Shown here: positions 63,426-64,000 of the stretch, piece after piece
Numbering within the stretch: position 1 is the stretch's first letter
How the letters are laid out: every line of letters begins with the position of its first letter
DNA from: the human T2T-CHM13v2.0 reference genome, Homo sapiens
Assembly (NCBI RefSeq): GCF_009914755.1
Contig: NC_060927.1
DNA length: 64,000 nucleotides
Direction: 5' to 3' (one strand)
Notes under the pieces: generated by a model
The model's database searches: none
Seen by the model: only the letters and a program-made list of their open reading frames with translations
Told to the model about the DNA's origin: nothing
Made by a program: the position numbers and the translations under genes

Positions 63426-64000
63426 TAGAACACAAAGCTTTCCACTTTCACAAAATAGAAATCTGTTAATCTTAAAGATTCTTTAGTTTTTTCCTCTTAC
63501 AAATTCTGTTAGTACTTTAAGTTTATAGACTTTACTCTGAAATGTTATCGCCAAGTCAAATAAAAATAGTAGAATGGTATTTTAAATCTAGCAGGGAATT
63601 GGGGTGTTTTTGAGCAACACTAGTTGACATTAAAAAAGAAAAAGACTTTGAGGCTACTACCTTTCTGTAATGTGACTTTTTGTAACTCTCAAAAACTGCT
63701 TATAAAGTATTTATAAACCCACACACAGGCTTTTGAATAGCACAGGTTTCTGTGTTTCATGGAACACTTGAAAACAATCTCAAAAGTTATGATAGCGTTT
63801 CATCTCCCAAGTACAAAAATACTATTAGGCAGGGGGTGGGGGGTGTGGAGGCAACTGAGGAGCAGGAAGTGATGAGGACTGGGATGGAGAGAAGAACAGA
63901 ACAGAGAGGAAGGGATCGAAGGAAAGAAGCAGAATGACTAGGTGAGGTGTTAGGGGTGTCTGTCTTGGCAGTCATTCTAAAGAAGTGATATAGGAATTGC

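Overview
Primate genomic DNA, most likely human or great ape, made of two sharply different halves joined at about position 28452. The left half (1-28452) is an Alu-dense mosaic of retroelements: MER11 and LTR6 LTRs, a full-length THE1, nested L1s, a processed SNRPC (U1-C) pseudogene and a deleted HERV-K(HML-2) pol/env/LTR5 remnant. It resembles the chr3/4p16/8p23/11q13 segmental-duplication family. The right half (28453-64000) holds 17 small phase-0 Gly-X-Y exons on the + strand (72, 27, 42, 54, 63, 66, 54, 36, 63, 63, 63, 63, 51, 36, 63, 63, 36 bp). This is the exon ladder of the alpha3-type collagen VI triple helix, carrying two in-frame stops, a codon deletion and Gly substitutions, and lacking the upstream exons. 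It matches COL6A4P2, the 3' half of the collagen VI alpha4 gene split by the hominid chromosome 3 pericentric inversion. The most notable observation is that the HERV-K LTR is cut after about 106 bp and fused about 48 bp upstream of the first surviving collagen exon, which looks like the base-level evolutionary breakpoint. No intact protein-coding gene, RNA gene or CRISPR array was seen. Repeat subfamily names come from recalled consensus motifs, not from a database search.
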